A stretch of DNA of 64,000 nucleotides from Acidimicrobiaceae bacterium (GCA_030837965.1 JAUTXP010000053.1:16893-80892), one strand, 5' to 3'. Positions 9,564 to 19,569 are shown, counted from the stretch's first letter. A program made the numbers and translations. Notes: generated by a model not told the origin, from the letters alone.

Positions 9564-10733
9564 TCACGGGCTGAAGAGGGCGTCGACGAACTCGTCGGGG
9601 TCGAACTCGATCAAGTCCTGCGCTGTCTCCCCCAAGCCCACCAGCTTGATGGGCAGGCCCATGTCGGTCTGGATGGCGACGGCGATGCCGCCCTTGGCCG
9701 TGCCGTCGAGCTTGGTCAGTACCACGCCCGTGCACCCCACCGCCTCGCTGAACTCCTTGGCCTGGACCAGTCCGTTCTGGCCCGTGGTGGCGTCGAGCAC
9801 GAGCAGCACCTCGGTGAGCTGGGCGGGCGGGCGCTCGGCGATGCGGCGGACCTTCTTCAACTCCTCCATCAGGTTGACCTTGGTGTGCAGGCGGCCCGCA
9901 GTGTCGGCCAGGACCAGGTCCGCCCCCTTGGCCGCGGCCCGCTCGACGGCGTCGAACACGACCGACCCGGGGTCGCCGCCCTCCGCGCCCCGAACCAGGT
10001 CGGCCCCCACCCGGGTGGCCCACAGTTCCAACTGCTCGGCCGCCGCGGCCCGGAAGGTGTCGCCCGCGGCCATCACCACCTTGCGGCCGTTGGCCGCCTC
10101 CCGCAGGCCCAGCTTGCCAATGGTGGTGGTCTTGCCCACACCGTTCACCCCCACGAACAGCCACACGTTGGGCCCGCCGGGCTCGAAGCGCAGCCCCCGG
10201 TCCCCCTGGGCCAGTCGCTTCTTGAGATCCTCCTTGAGGGCGTCGACCAGGGCCTGGGGCTCCTTGATGCCCTCGGCCTTGACCCTCATCCGCAGGTCGT
10301 CGAGCAGGGCCTGCGTGGCCTTGACGCCCATGTCGGCCCGGATCAGAGCCTCCTCGAGCTCCTCCCACGTCTGGTCGTCGATGCTGCTGCGCGACAACAG
10401 CGACCCGACGTACCCGGACAACAGCGATCGGGCCTTGCCCAGCCGGTCTCTGAAGCGGGGTCGGGCCGCAACCTCGACGACGGGCTCTGGCTCGGCGTCA
10501 TACTCCGGCTCGGCGTCGGGCTCGGCGTCGGCCAGCGCGGCCTCGATCTCGGCGACCTGCTCGGGCGCCAGGTCAGGCGGGGCCTCGACGGCGGGACGGG
10601 ACGACTGCGGGCGAAGCGGCGGGCGGGCGGGCGGCTCCAACTCCGGGGCCCGGCCCCTGCGCCTGCTCACGGCCACGCCCGCCACCGAGCCGACGATCAC
10701 GAGGGCGACGATCAGGACAAGGACGATCTCCAT
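9564..10733 (-). CDS. ftsY: SRP receptor FtsY
   Basis: GVNGVGKTTT, DTFRAAA, DTAGRL, TKLDGTAKGG, plus an N-terminal TM helix. Confidence 0.97.
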   Translation of the reverse strand: MEIVLVLIVALVIVGSVAGVAVSRRRGRAPELEPPARPPLRPQSSRPAVEAPPDLAPEQVAEIEAALADAEPDAEPEYDAEPEPVVEVAARPRFRDRLGKARSLLSGYVGSLLSRSSIDDQTWEELEEALIRADMGVKATQALLDDLRMRVKAEGIKEPQALVDALKEDLKKRLAQGDRGLRFEPGGPNVWLFVGVNGVGKTTTIGKLGLREAANGRKVVMAAGDTFRAAAAEQLELWATRVGADLVRGAEGGDPGSVVFDAVERAAAKGADLVLADTAGRLHTKVNLMEELKKVRRIAERPPAQLTEVLLVLDATTGQNGLVQAKEFSEAVGCTGVVLTKLDGTAKGGIAVAIQTDMGLPIKLVGLGETAQDLIEFDPDEFVDALFSP

Positions 10734-10776
10734 GGCCGCCGCACTCTACCGACCGACCCCCCGACCCACCCCCCTC

Positions 10777-10811
10777 ATCTTTTCCACAGCAGCAGGTGCT
10801 GTGGAAAAGAT
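10777..10811. repeat. REP-like palindrome, family A, copy 1 (two inverted TTTTCCACA)
   Basis: ATCTTTTCCACAGCA-gcagg-TGCTGTGGAAAAGAT, a perfect 15-bp inverted repeat. Near-identical copies at 23181 and 27274. Confidence 0.9.
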
Positions 10812-11755
10812 CAGGCCAGGCAGTGGGGGACGGCGCCGTGGAAGGCGATCCTGTCCCCGATGACGGCGGGCACGTCGAGCGGCGTGCCCCAGGGCTCGCC
10901 CCGAAGCTCCGAATAGGCCCGATGCAGATTGGGGGCCAGCCGCTCGGTCTCGCCCCACGACGCGAACTCCCCCAGCCCGCCCTCGTCCCGCAGCCTGACC
11001 GCAGCCTCCAGCGGCGTGCGCCCGGCGGCCAGCCCGTCGGCGGCCACGTCCTGCACCCATCGCAGATAGCGGCCCAGTCGGTCGAACACGTCGGGCTCGC
11101 ACACCGGGCCGTGGCCGGGCACGACGCGCTCGGCGTCCAGCGCGCGCAGCGAGTCGAGCACCTGCAACCAGCCCGCCACGGAACCCTGCATCACCAGCGG
11201 GCAGCCGCCGTTGAAGACCAAATCGCCCGAGATCAGCAGTCGGCGCGACGGCACCCACGCCACCACGTCGTTAGTGGTGTGCGCGGGCACCCCGAAGTGC
11301 AGAAGCTGCACTTCCAGGTCGTCCACCCAGATGGTGAGTCGATCGCTGAAGGTGACGAAGGGCGGCGTGACCTCGATGCGGCCCCACTCCACATCCGGGA
11401 ACAGGGCCGTGCCCAGCAGCCCGGCCGCCACCATCTCGTCCCTGCACCGGTCGTGCCCGACGATGGTGGCCTCGGGCAGCAGCCAGTTGGTGTGCGAGTG
11501 GTCGCCGTGGTGGTGGGTGTTGACCAGCGTGCGCACGGGCCGGTAGCTCACCGATCGAACGGCGTCGAGCAGGGCCCGGCCTCTTCGCTCGGTCGACGTG
11601 CTGTCCACCAGCACCACGCCCTCGCCGCCCACCAGGAAGGCGGAGTTGTTCAGGTACCAGGACCCGTCGGGCTGCACGTGGGCCCAGATCCCAGGGCTGA
11701 CTTCTTCCAGCCGGGGATCGGGGGCGCCCTCAGGCGCCGGCCCCGACCCGCTCAC
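10811..11755 (-). CDS. MBL-fold metallo-hydrolase (cyclase-like)
   Basis: THHHGDHS, HTTND, LISGDLV, VPGHG. Confidence 0.9.
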   Translation of the reverse strand: MSGSGPAPEGAPDPRLEEVSPGIWAHVQPDGSWYLNNSAFLVGGEGVVLVDSTSTERRGRALLDAVRSVSYRPVRTLVNTHHHGDHSHTNWLLPEATIVGHDRCRDEMVAAGLLGTALFPDVEWGRIEVTPPFVTFSDRLTIWVDDLEVQLLHFGVPAHTTNDVVAWVPSRRLLISGDLVFNGGCPLVMQGSVAGWLQVLDSLRALDAERVVPGHGPVCEPDVFDRLGRYLRWVQDVAADGLAAGRTPLEAAVRLRDEGGLGEFASWGETERLAPNLHRAYSELRGEPWGTPLDVPAVIGDRIAFHGAVPHCLA

Positions 11756-14700
11756 TGACCACCTTCGACGACCCGCCCGGCTGCATGGTCACGCCGTACA
11801 GCGCGTCGGCCGCTTCCATCGTGCGCTTCTGGTGGCTCACGATCAGCAACTGGGCGTCGTTGCGGAACTCGTGGATGAGGTCGAGGAAGCGGTGCAGGTT
11901 GACGTCGTCCAGCGCGGCCTCGACCTCGTCCATCATGTAGAAGGGCGAGGGCCGGCTGCGGAAGACGGCGAACAAGAAGGCCAGCGCGGTCAGGGACCGC
12001 TCGCCGCCCGACAGCAGCGACAGCTTGCGCACGTTCTTGCCCGACGGCCTGGCCTCGACCTCGATGCCGGTGTCCAACAGGTTGTCCGGGTCGGTGAGCC
12101 GCAGCCGCCCGGTGCCGCCCGGGAACAGGGTGGCGAAGAGCTTGGAGAAGTTGTCGGACACGTCGGCGAACGCGGCCGCGAAGACCTCCACGATCTCGGC
12201 GTCGATGGCCCTGATCACCTTGGCCAAGTCCCTGCGGCCCGACTTCACGTCCTCCAACTGGCCCTCCAGGAACTGCGAGCGCTCCTGCAAGGCGTTGAAC
12301 TCCTCCAGCGCCAGCGGGTTGATGGGCCCCATGAGCCGCAGCTCGCGCTCCAACTCTCGCACCCGTGACGCGCCGGACGTGCCGTCGGGCAGCGGCGGGC
12401 ACTCGGCGGCACGGGCCGAGTCCGGCTCGCAGTCGAAGTCCCGACGCACCGTCTCCACCGCGGCCTCGAGCCGCATGCGGACCTCGGCCTCGTCGATCTC
12501 GGCCCGTTGGGCCCGCTCTCGAAGCTCGGTCAACTGGCGCTCGGCCGTGGCCCGCTCCCTGCGCAACTGGTCGAGCCGCTCGACTGCGGCCCGCACCTTC
12601 TCGTGGTGCCTGCGCCTGGCCTCGCGCACCTCGGCCAACTCCCGTTCGACCAGGGCCAGGCGCTCGCCCACCGCCGCCTCCAGCCGCGCCGTGGCCACGG
12701 CCACCGCCTCCAGCCTGACCCGGCGCGTCGACGCCACCGCCCGTGCGGCCACGTTGTGCTCCAGGCGCTGTTCGACCTCGGCCAGCCTCCGGGTGAGCAT
12801 GCCCTGGCGCTCCTCCAGGCTGGCGGCCCGCACCTCCAGCTCGCGGCGCAAGGCGCCCACCGCCGCGGCCCGCTCGGTGAGCCTGCCCTGGGCGGCGCGC
12901 ATGGCCATCACCCGCTCGGCCCCAGCCGACTCCTCGGCCTCCAGGCCGGGCAGCAGCCGCTCCAAGTCGGCCACCCGGGCCGCCTCGCGCTCGACCCGCT
13001 CGGCCAACTCGGCCATCTGCGAGCGCAGGGCCTCGTGCTCGATGCCCACGTCCCTGCGCTCGGTCTCCGTGCGCTGCAAGGCGTCGGCCGCGGCCGACAG
13101 TCGCGAGTCGTTGTCGTCCAGTTGCTTGGCCAGTTGCCGCTCGACCCGGCCTGCCTCTTCCACGTCGACGCGCGCCGTGCGGACCCGCTCGCGGGCGTCG
13201 GCCGTGGCCGACTCGGCCGCCGCAGCCTGGGCCCGGGCCTCTTCCAGGGCGGCGCCGGTGGCGCCCGTTCCGGCCGCTCCCGCCCGCCAGCCGCCTGCCG
13301 CGAAGCGGTCGCCCTCGCGGGTGACGGCCACCAGGCCGGGGTGGGCCAGGGCCAAGTCCAAGGCCTGCTCCCAGCCCCCGTCGACCACCACGGCCGAGCC
13401 CAGCAGGGTGTCGAGCAGGCGGTCAACGCTGGGCAGGCGGGACCGCACGTGGGCCCGAACCGGCTCGGCCGCCACTGCCGCGGTGTCGAGGGCCAGGCTG
13501 GCGGGCGGGCCGGCCACGTCGAGGGCGAGCACGGCCCCGTTGGCGCCGCTGTCGCGCAAGTGGCGCAACGCGTTGCGAGCCGTGTCCACCCCGTCGACCA
13601 CGACGGCGGCGATGGCCTCGCCCGCGGCGGCCTCGAAGGCGGCCTCCCAGCCCTCGTCCACCTCCACCAGTTCGAGCAGCGTGCCGACCACGCCCGCGAT
13701 CTCGGCCAGCCGCTCCGCGCCCGCTCGGGCCCGGGCCTCGTCGAGGGCCAGGCTCAAGGCCTCGGCTCGGGCCGACCACGTGTGCCGGGCCTGCTCCGCG
13801 TCCCGAAGCTCGGCCTCGGCCTGTTGCAGGGCGGCGTCGGCCTGAGCCCGGCGGGCCTCGGCCCCGTCCACCTCGGTGGCCAGCGGGCGCTCGGCCTCGT
13901 CGGCGTCCTGGATCTCACCTCGCAGGCGATCGGCCTCGGTGGCCAGTCGGGCCGCCTTCTGCTCCAAGGCGTTGATGCGGGACTGGAGGCGGGCGACCTC
14001 GGTGTGGCCCCGCTCCAGGCCCTGTCGCAGGGCGCCCAGCTCGCCCCTGATCTCGGCCGCCTCGCCGCCGACGGCGGGGACGCCCTCGCCCCACTCGGCG
14101 TCGAACGAGGCCCGGTCGGCGGCCAGCGAGGCCTCGGCCCCGGCCAATTCCTCGGCTTGCGGCACCAGCCCCTCGGCCTCGGTCTCGACCTCTTGCAACT
14201 GGGCGGCCAGGTGGGCGGCGTCGGCCTCCAGCGAGGCGATCACGCCTTCGTCCACCGACGAGGCCAGCTCCCGCTCCGCCCCCCGACGGCGCTCGGCCAG
14301 CAGGGCGGCCATGCCCCTGGCCCGCTCCCGCAGGGACTCGTAACGGACCAAGTCGTCGCTCAACTCGTCGCCGCCCTGGGCGCTGACCGCGGCCTCGGCG
14401 ACGGCCACGTCGGTGTCCAGCCGGGCCAGCGCGGCGCGGATGGCCGACTCGTTCTGGGCCAGGTCCGCCCGTGCCCTGGCCCCTGTCTCCAAGCGGGTCT
14501 GGAGGCTGCTCAGCTCGCGGCCTGCGAGGAAGAGGCGGATGGCCCGAAGCTCCTCGACCAGCGAGCCGTGGCGGCGGGCCGCGTCGGCCTGTCGCTCCAA
14601 GGGGCGGAGCTGGCGGCGGACCTCCCGAAGGAGGTCTTGCAGGCGGAGCAGGTTGCCCTCGGTGGACTCCAGCCTGCGCTGGGCCTTCTCCCTGCGCTTG

Positions 14701-15212
14701 CGGTACTTGAGGACGCCCGCGGCCTCCTCGATGACGAGGCGGCGTTCCTCGGGTCGGGAGTCGAGGATGGCGGCCAGTTGGCCCTGGCTGATGATGACGT
14801 GCTGCTGGCGGCCCACGCCCGTGTCGCTCAGCAGCTCTTGGATGTCGAGCAGACGGCAGGGCACGCCGTTGATGGCGTACTCGCTGTCGCCGCTGCGAAA
14901 CAGCGTGCGGGTGATGGTCAGCTCGCTGAACTCGATGGGGATGAGGCCGGCCGAGTTGTCGATGGTCAGGCTGACCTCGGCCCGGCCCAGGGCCTGGCGC
15001 TTGGCCGTGCCCGCGAAGATGACGTCCTCCATCTTCGTGGAGCGCACCGACTTGGCCGCCTGGGCGCCCAGCACCCACGCCACCGCGTCCACGATGTTCG
15101 ACTTGCCGCTGCCGTTGGGCCCGACGACGACCGTGATGCCGGGCTCGAACTCGAGGTTCGTGGTCTCGGCGAAGGACTTGAAACCCTTGAGGGTCAGGGA
15201 CTTCAGGAACAC
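11730..15212 (-). CDS. smc: Chromosome segregation protein SMC
   Basis: Walker A GPNGSGKSN, long coiled coils with a hinge, LSGGE signature and Walker B DEVEAALD. Confidence 0.97.
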   Translation of the reverse strand: MFLKSLTLKGFKSFAETTNLEFEPGITVVVGPNGSGKSNIVDAVAWVLGAQAAKSVRSTKMEDVIFAGTAKRQALGRAEVSLTIDNSAGLIPIEFSELTITRTLFRSGDSEYAINGVPCRLLDIQELLSDTGVGRQQHVIISQGQLAAILDSRPEERRLVIEEAAGVLKYRKRREKAQRRLESTEGNLLRLQDLLREVRRQLRPLERQADAARRHGSLVEELRAIRLFLAGRELSSLQTRLETGARARADLAQNESAIRAALARLDTDVAVAEAAVSAQGGDELSDDLVRYESLRERARGMAALLAERRRGAERELASSVDEGVIASLEADAAHLAAQLQEVETEAEGLVPQAEELAGAEASLAADRASFDAEWGEGVPAVGGEAAEIRGELGALRQGLERGHTEVARLQSRINALEQKAARLATEADRLRGEIQDADEAERPLATEVDGAEARRAQADAALQQAEAELRDAEQARHTWSARAEALSLALDEARARAGAERLAEIAGVVGTLLELVEVDEGWEAAFEAAAGEAIAAVVVDGVDTARNALRHLRDSGANGAVLALDVAGPPASLALDTAAVAAEPVRAHVRSRLPSVDRLLDTLLGSAVVVDGGWEQALDLALAHPGLVAVTREGDRFAAGGWRAGAAGTGATGAALEEARAQAAAAESATADARERVRTARVDVEEAGRVERQLAKQLDDNDSRLSAAADALQRTETERRDVGIEHEALRSQMAELAERVEREAARVADLERLLPGLEAEESAGAERVMAMRAAQGRLTERAAAVGALRRELEVRAASLEERQGMLTRRLAEVEQRLEHNVAARAVASTRRVRLEAVAVATARLEAAVGERLALVERELAEVREARRRHHEKVRAAVERLDQLRRERATAERQLTELRERAQRAEIDEAEVRMRLEAAVETVRRDFDCEPDSARAAECPPLPDGTSGASRVRELERELRLMGPINPLALEEFNALQERSQFLEGQLEDVKSGRRDLAKVIRAIDAEIVEVFAAAFADVSDNFSKLFATLFPGGTGRLRLTDPDNLLDTGIEVEARPSGKNVRKLSLLSGGERSLTALAFLFAVFRSRPSPFYMMDEVEAALDDVNLHRFLDLIHEFRNDAQLLIVSHQKRTMEAADALYGVTMQPGGSSKVVSERVGAGA

Positions 15213-15294
15213 GCGCGGAGCAGGGTAGCGGGGGTTCGCGAGTGTGGCGCGGAGCCTCGCGAACCCGCTGGTCGGGACCCCGCCCCTACCCCCG

Positions 15295-15346
15295 CACGTC
15301 TGGAGGACATAGCTCGGCGATTCACTTCGCTATGTCCTCCAGTCCG
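15295..15346. repeat. REP-like palindrome, family B, copy 2
   Basis: cacgt-CTGGAGGACATAGC (15300-15313)...GCTATGTCCTCCAG (15329-15342)-tccg. Confidence 0.88.
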
Positions 15347-15354
15347 AGAAAGGA

Positions 15355-16200
15355 TCAGACCTGGCACTGGTTGCAGAGGAACGTCGAGCGGCCTTGCCAC
15401 TTGACCCGGGCGATGGGGCTGCGGCACCGGCGGCAGGCTTGGCCCTCCCGGTCGTAGACGTTGTGGTGGCTCTGGTAGTCCCCCACCTCGCCGAACAGAT
15501 CCCGGTACTGCTCGTCGGCCAGCGACGACCCGCGGTGCTTGATGGCGTCCTGCAGCGTCTCCACCATGGCCCGGTACAGCCTGCGCACCTCTTGCGACGA
15601 CAGCGCGTCCGACGTGCGGTCGAACCGCAGACCCGCGGCCCACAGGATCTCGTCGGCGTACATGTTGCCGATGCCGGCCAGGAACTTCTGGTCCATCAGC
15701 AACGGCTTCAGCCGGGCCCGACGGGCGGCCAGCATCTCGCCGAAGCGCTGCCAGCTCATCACGTCCTCCAGCGGGTCGAAGCCGAGGTGGGCCAACTCGG
15801 GGACGGCGTCGAGCAGGTCGTCGGGCGTGGTGATGAACAGCTCGCCGAAGGTGCGGGGATCGACGTAGCGCAACTCGCCGCCCTGGGTGAAGCGGATGAC
15901 CACATGCGTGTGCTTGGCCGTGGGCTCCTTGGCCGACTTGGCCCGCAGGAGCTGACCGCTCATGCCCAGGTGGACGACGAGGATCTCGCCCGGCGGGGTG
16001 TCGAGGCGCAGCAGGAGGTACTTGCCCTTGCGCTGCACGCCCGCGACCTTGCGGCCCTCCAGCCGGGACACGAAGTCCTTCTTGTTCTTGTGCCTGCGAA
16101 TGGACCGCAGCCCGGTGGCCTCGACCTGCTTGATCTTTTTGCCCACGACCTCCTTTTCGAGGTCGCGCCGGATCGTCTCGACCTCGGGCAGCTCAGGCAT
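15355..16200 (-). CDS. mutM: Formamidopyrimidine-DNA glycosylase
   Basis: N-terminal MPELPEVE, HLGMSG, DPRTFG, H2TH GIGNMYADE and a C-terminal zinc finger CxxC...CxxC. Confidence 0.97.
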   Translation of the reverse strand: MPELPEVETIRRDLEKEVVGKKIKQVEATGLRSIRRHKNKKDFVSRLEGRKVAGVQRKGKYLLLRLDTPPGEILVVHLGMSGQLLRAKSAKEPTAKHTHVVIRFTQGGELRYVDPRTFGELFITTPDDLLDAVPELAHLGFDPLEDVMSWQRFGEMLAARRARLKPLLMDQKFLAGIGNMYADEILWAAGLRFDRTSDALSSQEVRRLYRAMVETLQDAIKHRGSSLADEQYRDLFGEVGDYQSHHNVYDREGQACRRCRSPIARVKWQGRSTFLCNQCQV

Positions 16201-16214
16201 GTCGGGCCGACGCC

Positions 16215-17099
16215 TCAGGCACCGGCTTCGGCCGCGTCCGCCGTCTCGGCGGCATCGGTAGCGGCATCGGCATCGCCGTCGGCATCGCCGTCGGCATCGC
16301 CATCCGGCCCGGCGTCGGCCATGTCCGCGCCATCGGGGACATCCACGACGTCGGCCGCGTCGGCCACCTCAGCCACGTCGGCCGCGTCAGCTACGTCGGC
16401 CAGGGCGGCCAGCTCCTGCCAGGCCAAACGGGCCGCGGCCTGCTCGGCCTGCTTCTTGGACCGGCCCTCCCCCCGGCCCCGCACCAGCCCAGCCACGGTC
16501 ACGGTGGCGAAGAAGCGCTTGGCGTGGTCGGGCCCGTCGTCGAGCACGTCGTAGCGGGGCAGCTCGTCGAACGACCGGGCGGCCAGCTCCTGGAGCCGGG
16601 TCTTGAAGTCCTGCCCGCCCGGCCCGGCCGCGGCCTCGGAGATGCGCTCGCCCAGCAGCCGCATGACGAAGTCGTCGGCCGCCTCCCACCCGCCATCCAG
16701 GTACACCGCGCCGATCACGGCCTCCATGGCGTCGGCCAGGATGGACGGCTTCTCCCGCCCGCCCGACTGGTCCTCCCCCTTGCCCAGCAGCAGCCCCGCG
16801 CCCAGGTCGAGCACGGCGGCCACCTCGGCCAGGGCGGCCGAACTCACCACCGATGCCCGGACCTTGGCCAGCTCGCCCTCGGGCAGGTCGGGATAGGTGT
16901 TGAAGATGTGGTTGGTCACCACCAGTTGGAGCACGGCATCGCCCAAGAACTCGAGCCGCTCGTTGGACGGCTCCCCCGTGGTCTCCGCGCACCAGGACCG
17001 GTGGGCCAGGGCGCGCGGCAGCAGCTCGGGGTCGTCGAACCGCCGTCCGAGGCGCTCGGTGAGCGCAGCGACCGCAGCCGAGTTGTCCGTGTCAGGCAG
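16215..17099 (-). CDS. rnc: Ribonuclease III (start probably a non-canonical CTG; long acidic C-terminal tail)
   Basis: NERLEFLGDAVL signature, ADAMEAVIGAVYLDGG and a dsRBD (DFKTRLQEL...GRSKKQAEQAAA). The ORF-track start (TTG 16946) lies inside the signature; the frame is open upstream to a stop at 17145-17147. Confidence 0.9.
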   Translation of the reverse strand: MPDTDNSAAVAALTERLGRRFDDPELLPRALAHRSWCAETTGEPSNERLEFLGDAVLQLVVTNHIFNTYPDLPEGELAKVRASVVSSAALAEVAAVLDLGAGLLLGKGEDQSGGREKPSILADAMEAVIGAVYLDGGWEAADDFVMRLLGERISEAAAGPGGQDFKTRLQELAARSFDELPRYDVLDDGPDHAKRFFATVTVAGLVRGRGEGRSKKQAEQAAARLAWQELAALADVADAADVAEVADAADVVDVPDGADMADAGPDGDADGDADGDADAATDAAETADAAEAGA

Positions 17100-17394
17100 C
17101 CTCGAGCTTGGCGACGACGTAGTCGACGGCGTCTCGCACCGTCTTCAAGTCCTCGAGATCCTCGTCGTCGATGCGGAAACCGACGGTCCGCTCCCCCAGC
17201 TCCTCCTCCAAGGCCTCGACCAACTCGATGAGGGCCAGCGAGTCGGCGGCCAGGTCGTCGGTGAACGACGCACTTTCGGCAATGGCCCCCGGGTCGATCT
17301 CGAGGATGTCCGACAGGCGGTCGCGAATCAGCTCGAAGACCTGCTCACGGTCCATCGGGCTGCGTTCCACGTGGGTCTCAGCGGGCACGAACAC
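17092..17394 (-). CDS. acpP: Acyl carrier protein
   Basis: DLAADSLALIEL (phosphopantetheine Ser), LKTVRDAVDYV, with an AGGAG ribosome-binding site upstream. Confidence 0.9.
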   Translation of the reverse strand: MFVPAETHVERSPMDREQVFELIRDRLSDILEIDPGAIAESASFTDDLAADSLALIELVEALEEELGERTVGFRIDDEDLEDLKTVRDAVDYVVAKLEAA

Positions 17395-17460
17395 TCCTGA
17401 AAAAGTCTGGCAACCGGCTCGGGATGGTACCGCAGCCTGGCAAGACCCCTCTGCGGGCTG

Positions 17461-18381
17461 TCAATGGCCCCCGCTGAGCAGCACGTTGAGCTGGTCGGGG
17501 GAGTCGATGCGGGTGACCTGGTCGGCCGGCGGCGGCTGCACGTCCACAGGCAGGCCGAAATCGTACAGATCGGTGGTGGCCACGACCGTGACGTGCGTGC
17601 CGTCGCCTCTGTTGCCCATGTGGGCTTGCATCCTGAGCACCTGTCTTCGCACCAGCCCGTCGCCGTCGACATACACCTCGAGCGACGGCGAATCGAGCCG
17701 GACCAGCCCGCCCGCGCCTGGCCCTCCCACGACCGCGTCGACGAACTTCTGCCCGTCCAGCACGACCCGGTAGACGTCGGTGCGCGCCCCCCGCACGTCG
17801 GCCTGACCCGAGCGGGCCGCGGAGCGCACCAGGCCGCTGGTGCGAAGGGCCTTCAGCACGTGGGCCGGATCGCCGCCGGTGCCCAAGGTGGGGCCGGTGA
17901 GCCCGCTCACCGGGCTGTTGGGGGGCAGCTTGCCCAGGTCGATGGCCACCCATGGGGTCTTGACCGCGCTCCCCGGCCCCGCGCCGAAGCGCGGCACCTT
18001 GATGTAGACGACGGAGCCCGCCAGCCTGGTCTCGACCGTGGCCAGGCCGCCGAGCGTCATGGTCAAGGCCATCCGCCGACCGGCGAAGTCGACCACCCCG
18101 TCCATGGTCAAGCCGCCCGCCGCGGGCGCGCCTGGGAACGAGGTCTGGGTTGTGGAGGACATGCGGGCCGTCGACACGGCCGAGGTCTTGTCCGCCGCAG
18201 CCAGTACGGCGGCGACCGCCGCGCCGCCAGTGGGCCCGGCGCCGACCGGGTCCACCACGGCCACACCCAGCACGCCGAGCACAAGCAGCACCGCGACGGC
18301 CGCGGCCAGCAGGCGCGACTGCGTGCGCACCCGCGCCTCGTCGGCCTCGGGGCCCTGCAACTCGACCGGCGTGTAGCTCAT
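17461..18381 (-). CDS. Membrane-anchored LppX/LprAFG-like (LolA-fold) protein
   Basis: N-terminal TM helix; pattern GVVDF...VYIK...PWVAIDL...GDP..L..L...VYVDGDGLVRR...LYDFG.PVDVQPP. Start set at MSYTPV (TAGCAT 7 nt upstream). Confidence 0.65.
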   Translation of the reverse strand: MSYTPVELQGPEADEARVRTQSRLLAAAVAVLLVLGVLGVAVVDPVGAGPTGGAAVAAVLAAADKTSAVSTARMSSTTQTSFPGAPAAGGLTMDGVVDFAGRRMALTMTLGGLATVETRLAGSVVYIKVPRFGAGPGSAVKTPWVAIDLGKLPPNSPVSGLTGPTLGTGGDPAHVLKALRTSGLVRSAARSGQADVRGARTDVYRVVLDGQKFVDAVVGGPGAGGLVRLDSPSLEVYVDGDGLVRRQVLRMQAHMGNRGDGTHVTVVATTDLYDFGLPVDVQPPPADQVTRIDSPDQLNVLLSGGH

Positions 18382-18391
18382 GGCGGCGATG

Positions 18392-19369
18392 CTACGCAGG
18401 GGGTGTGACAACAACGGCTCGGAGCCGCTCGACCAGCCCCTTGTCGACCATGTCCCTGGCCACCCGCACGGCGTTGACCACGGCCCGCGCCGACGACGAC
18501 CCGTGGCTGATGATGCACACGCCGTCCACGCCGAGGAGCATGGCCCCGCCGTGGGCGTCGGGGTCGAGCTCGTCGGCCACCGGGGCCAGGGCGGGCAGCA
18601 GGACCTTGGCCGCCTCCTTGGCCTCGTCGCTCGACATCATGGCCTCGAACACCTTGCCCACGATGAACTTGAGCCCGCCCTCCAGCGTCTTGAGGGCCAC
18701 GTTGCCGGTGAACCCGTCGGTGACGACCACGTCGATGTCGTCGGTGAGGATGTCCCTGCCCTCGACGTTGCCCACGAACCGGATGCCGTCGGCCGCTCGC
18801 AGCAGGGCGTGGGCCTCTTTGACCAAGGTGTTGCCCTTGGTCTCCTCCTCGCCGATGGACAGCAGGCCGACCCTGGGCTTGTCGATCCCGTAGCGGTCGG
18901 TGGCCAGCACCGAGCCCATGCGGGCGAACTGGACAAGCCACTCGGGCGCACACTCGGCGTTGGCCCCTGCGTCCAAGAGGATGGTGGGCGTGGTGCCCGG
19001 CACCGGGATGGGCGTGGCGATGGCGGGTCGGTGAACGCCCTTCAGCCTGCCCATGCGCAACAAAGCCGCCCCCATGGTGGCGCCGGTATTGCCCGCGCTG
19101 ACCATGGCCGACGCCTTGCCGTCGCGCACCGCCTCTGCGGCCCGCACCAGGGACGAGTCCTTCTTACGGCGAACGCCCTGCCCGGGGTCGTCGTCCATGG
19201 CGATGACCTCGCTGCACGTCAGCGTGGGCAGGCCGTGGCCCTCCACCGCCTCGGGCAGGCCGACGAGCAGGACGTCGACACCAAGCTGTTCGGCGGCCTG
19301 CACACCGCCGGCCACGATCTCATCCGGGGCGCGGTCGCCCCCCATCGCGTCGAGGGCGATGGGCAGCAC
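18392..19369 (-). CDS. plsX: Phosphate acyltransferase PlsX
   Basis: IALDAMGGDRAP, SAGNTGA, LDAGAN, GEEETKG, FVGNVEGRD, DGFTGNVALK. Confidence 0.96.
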   Translation of the reverse strand: MLPIALDAMGGDRAPDEIVAGGVQAAEQLGVDVLLVGLPEAVEGHGLPTLTCSEVIAMDDDPGQGVRRKKDSSLVRAAEAVRDGKASAMVSAGNTGATMGAALLRMGRLKGVHRPAIATPIPVPGTTPTILLDAGANAECAPEWLVQFARMGSVLATDRYGIDKPRVGLLSIGEEETKGNTLVKEAHALLRAADGIRFVGNVEGRDILTDDIDVVVTDGFTGNVALKTLEGGLKFIVGKVFEAMMSSDEAKEAAKVLLPALAPVADELDPDAHGGAMLLGVDGVCIISHGSSSARAVVNAVRVARDMVDKGLVERLRAVVVTPPA

Positions 19370-19376
19370 CGGGGCG

Positions 19377-19556
19377 CTAGCCGACGTCGATGGCCTGGCG
19401 CCCGCCGTACCACCCGCAGTTGGGGCACACGACGTGGGGCAGCTTGCTGTGCCTGCACTGCGGGCACACGCTGCGGGCCGGCGCGCTGAGGGACCAGTTG
19501 CTGGCCCTGCGGCTGCGGCTCTTCGCCTTGGAGGTCTTCTTCTTGGGGACGGCCAT
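19377..19556 (-). CDS. rpmF: 50S ribosomal protein L32 (Zn-binding form), absent from the ORF track
   Basis: Translated by hand: [59 protein letters not shown] (59 aa). Confidence 0.96.
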   Translation of the reverse strand: MAVPKKKTSKAKSRSRRASNWSLSAPARSVCPQCRHSKLPHVVCPNCGWYGGRQAIDVG

Positions 19557-19569
19557 CGTCGGTCTTCCT

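Noticed and set aside
8268-10916. Long antisense or alternative-frame ORFs (e.g. 8268-10916+, 12507-15404+, 24460-27054+, 37828-41169- beyond the VOC part, 42864-45536-, 52252-54996-)
   Set aside because: They are shadows of well-supported genes. GC-rich codon bias suppresses stop codons in other frames, and they carry no domain motifs.
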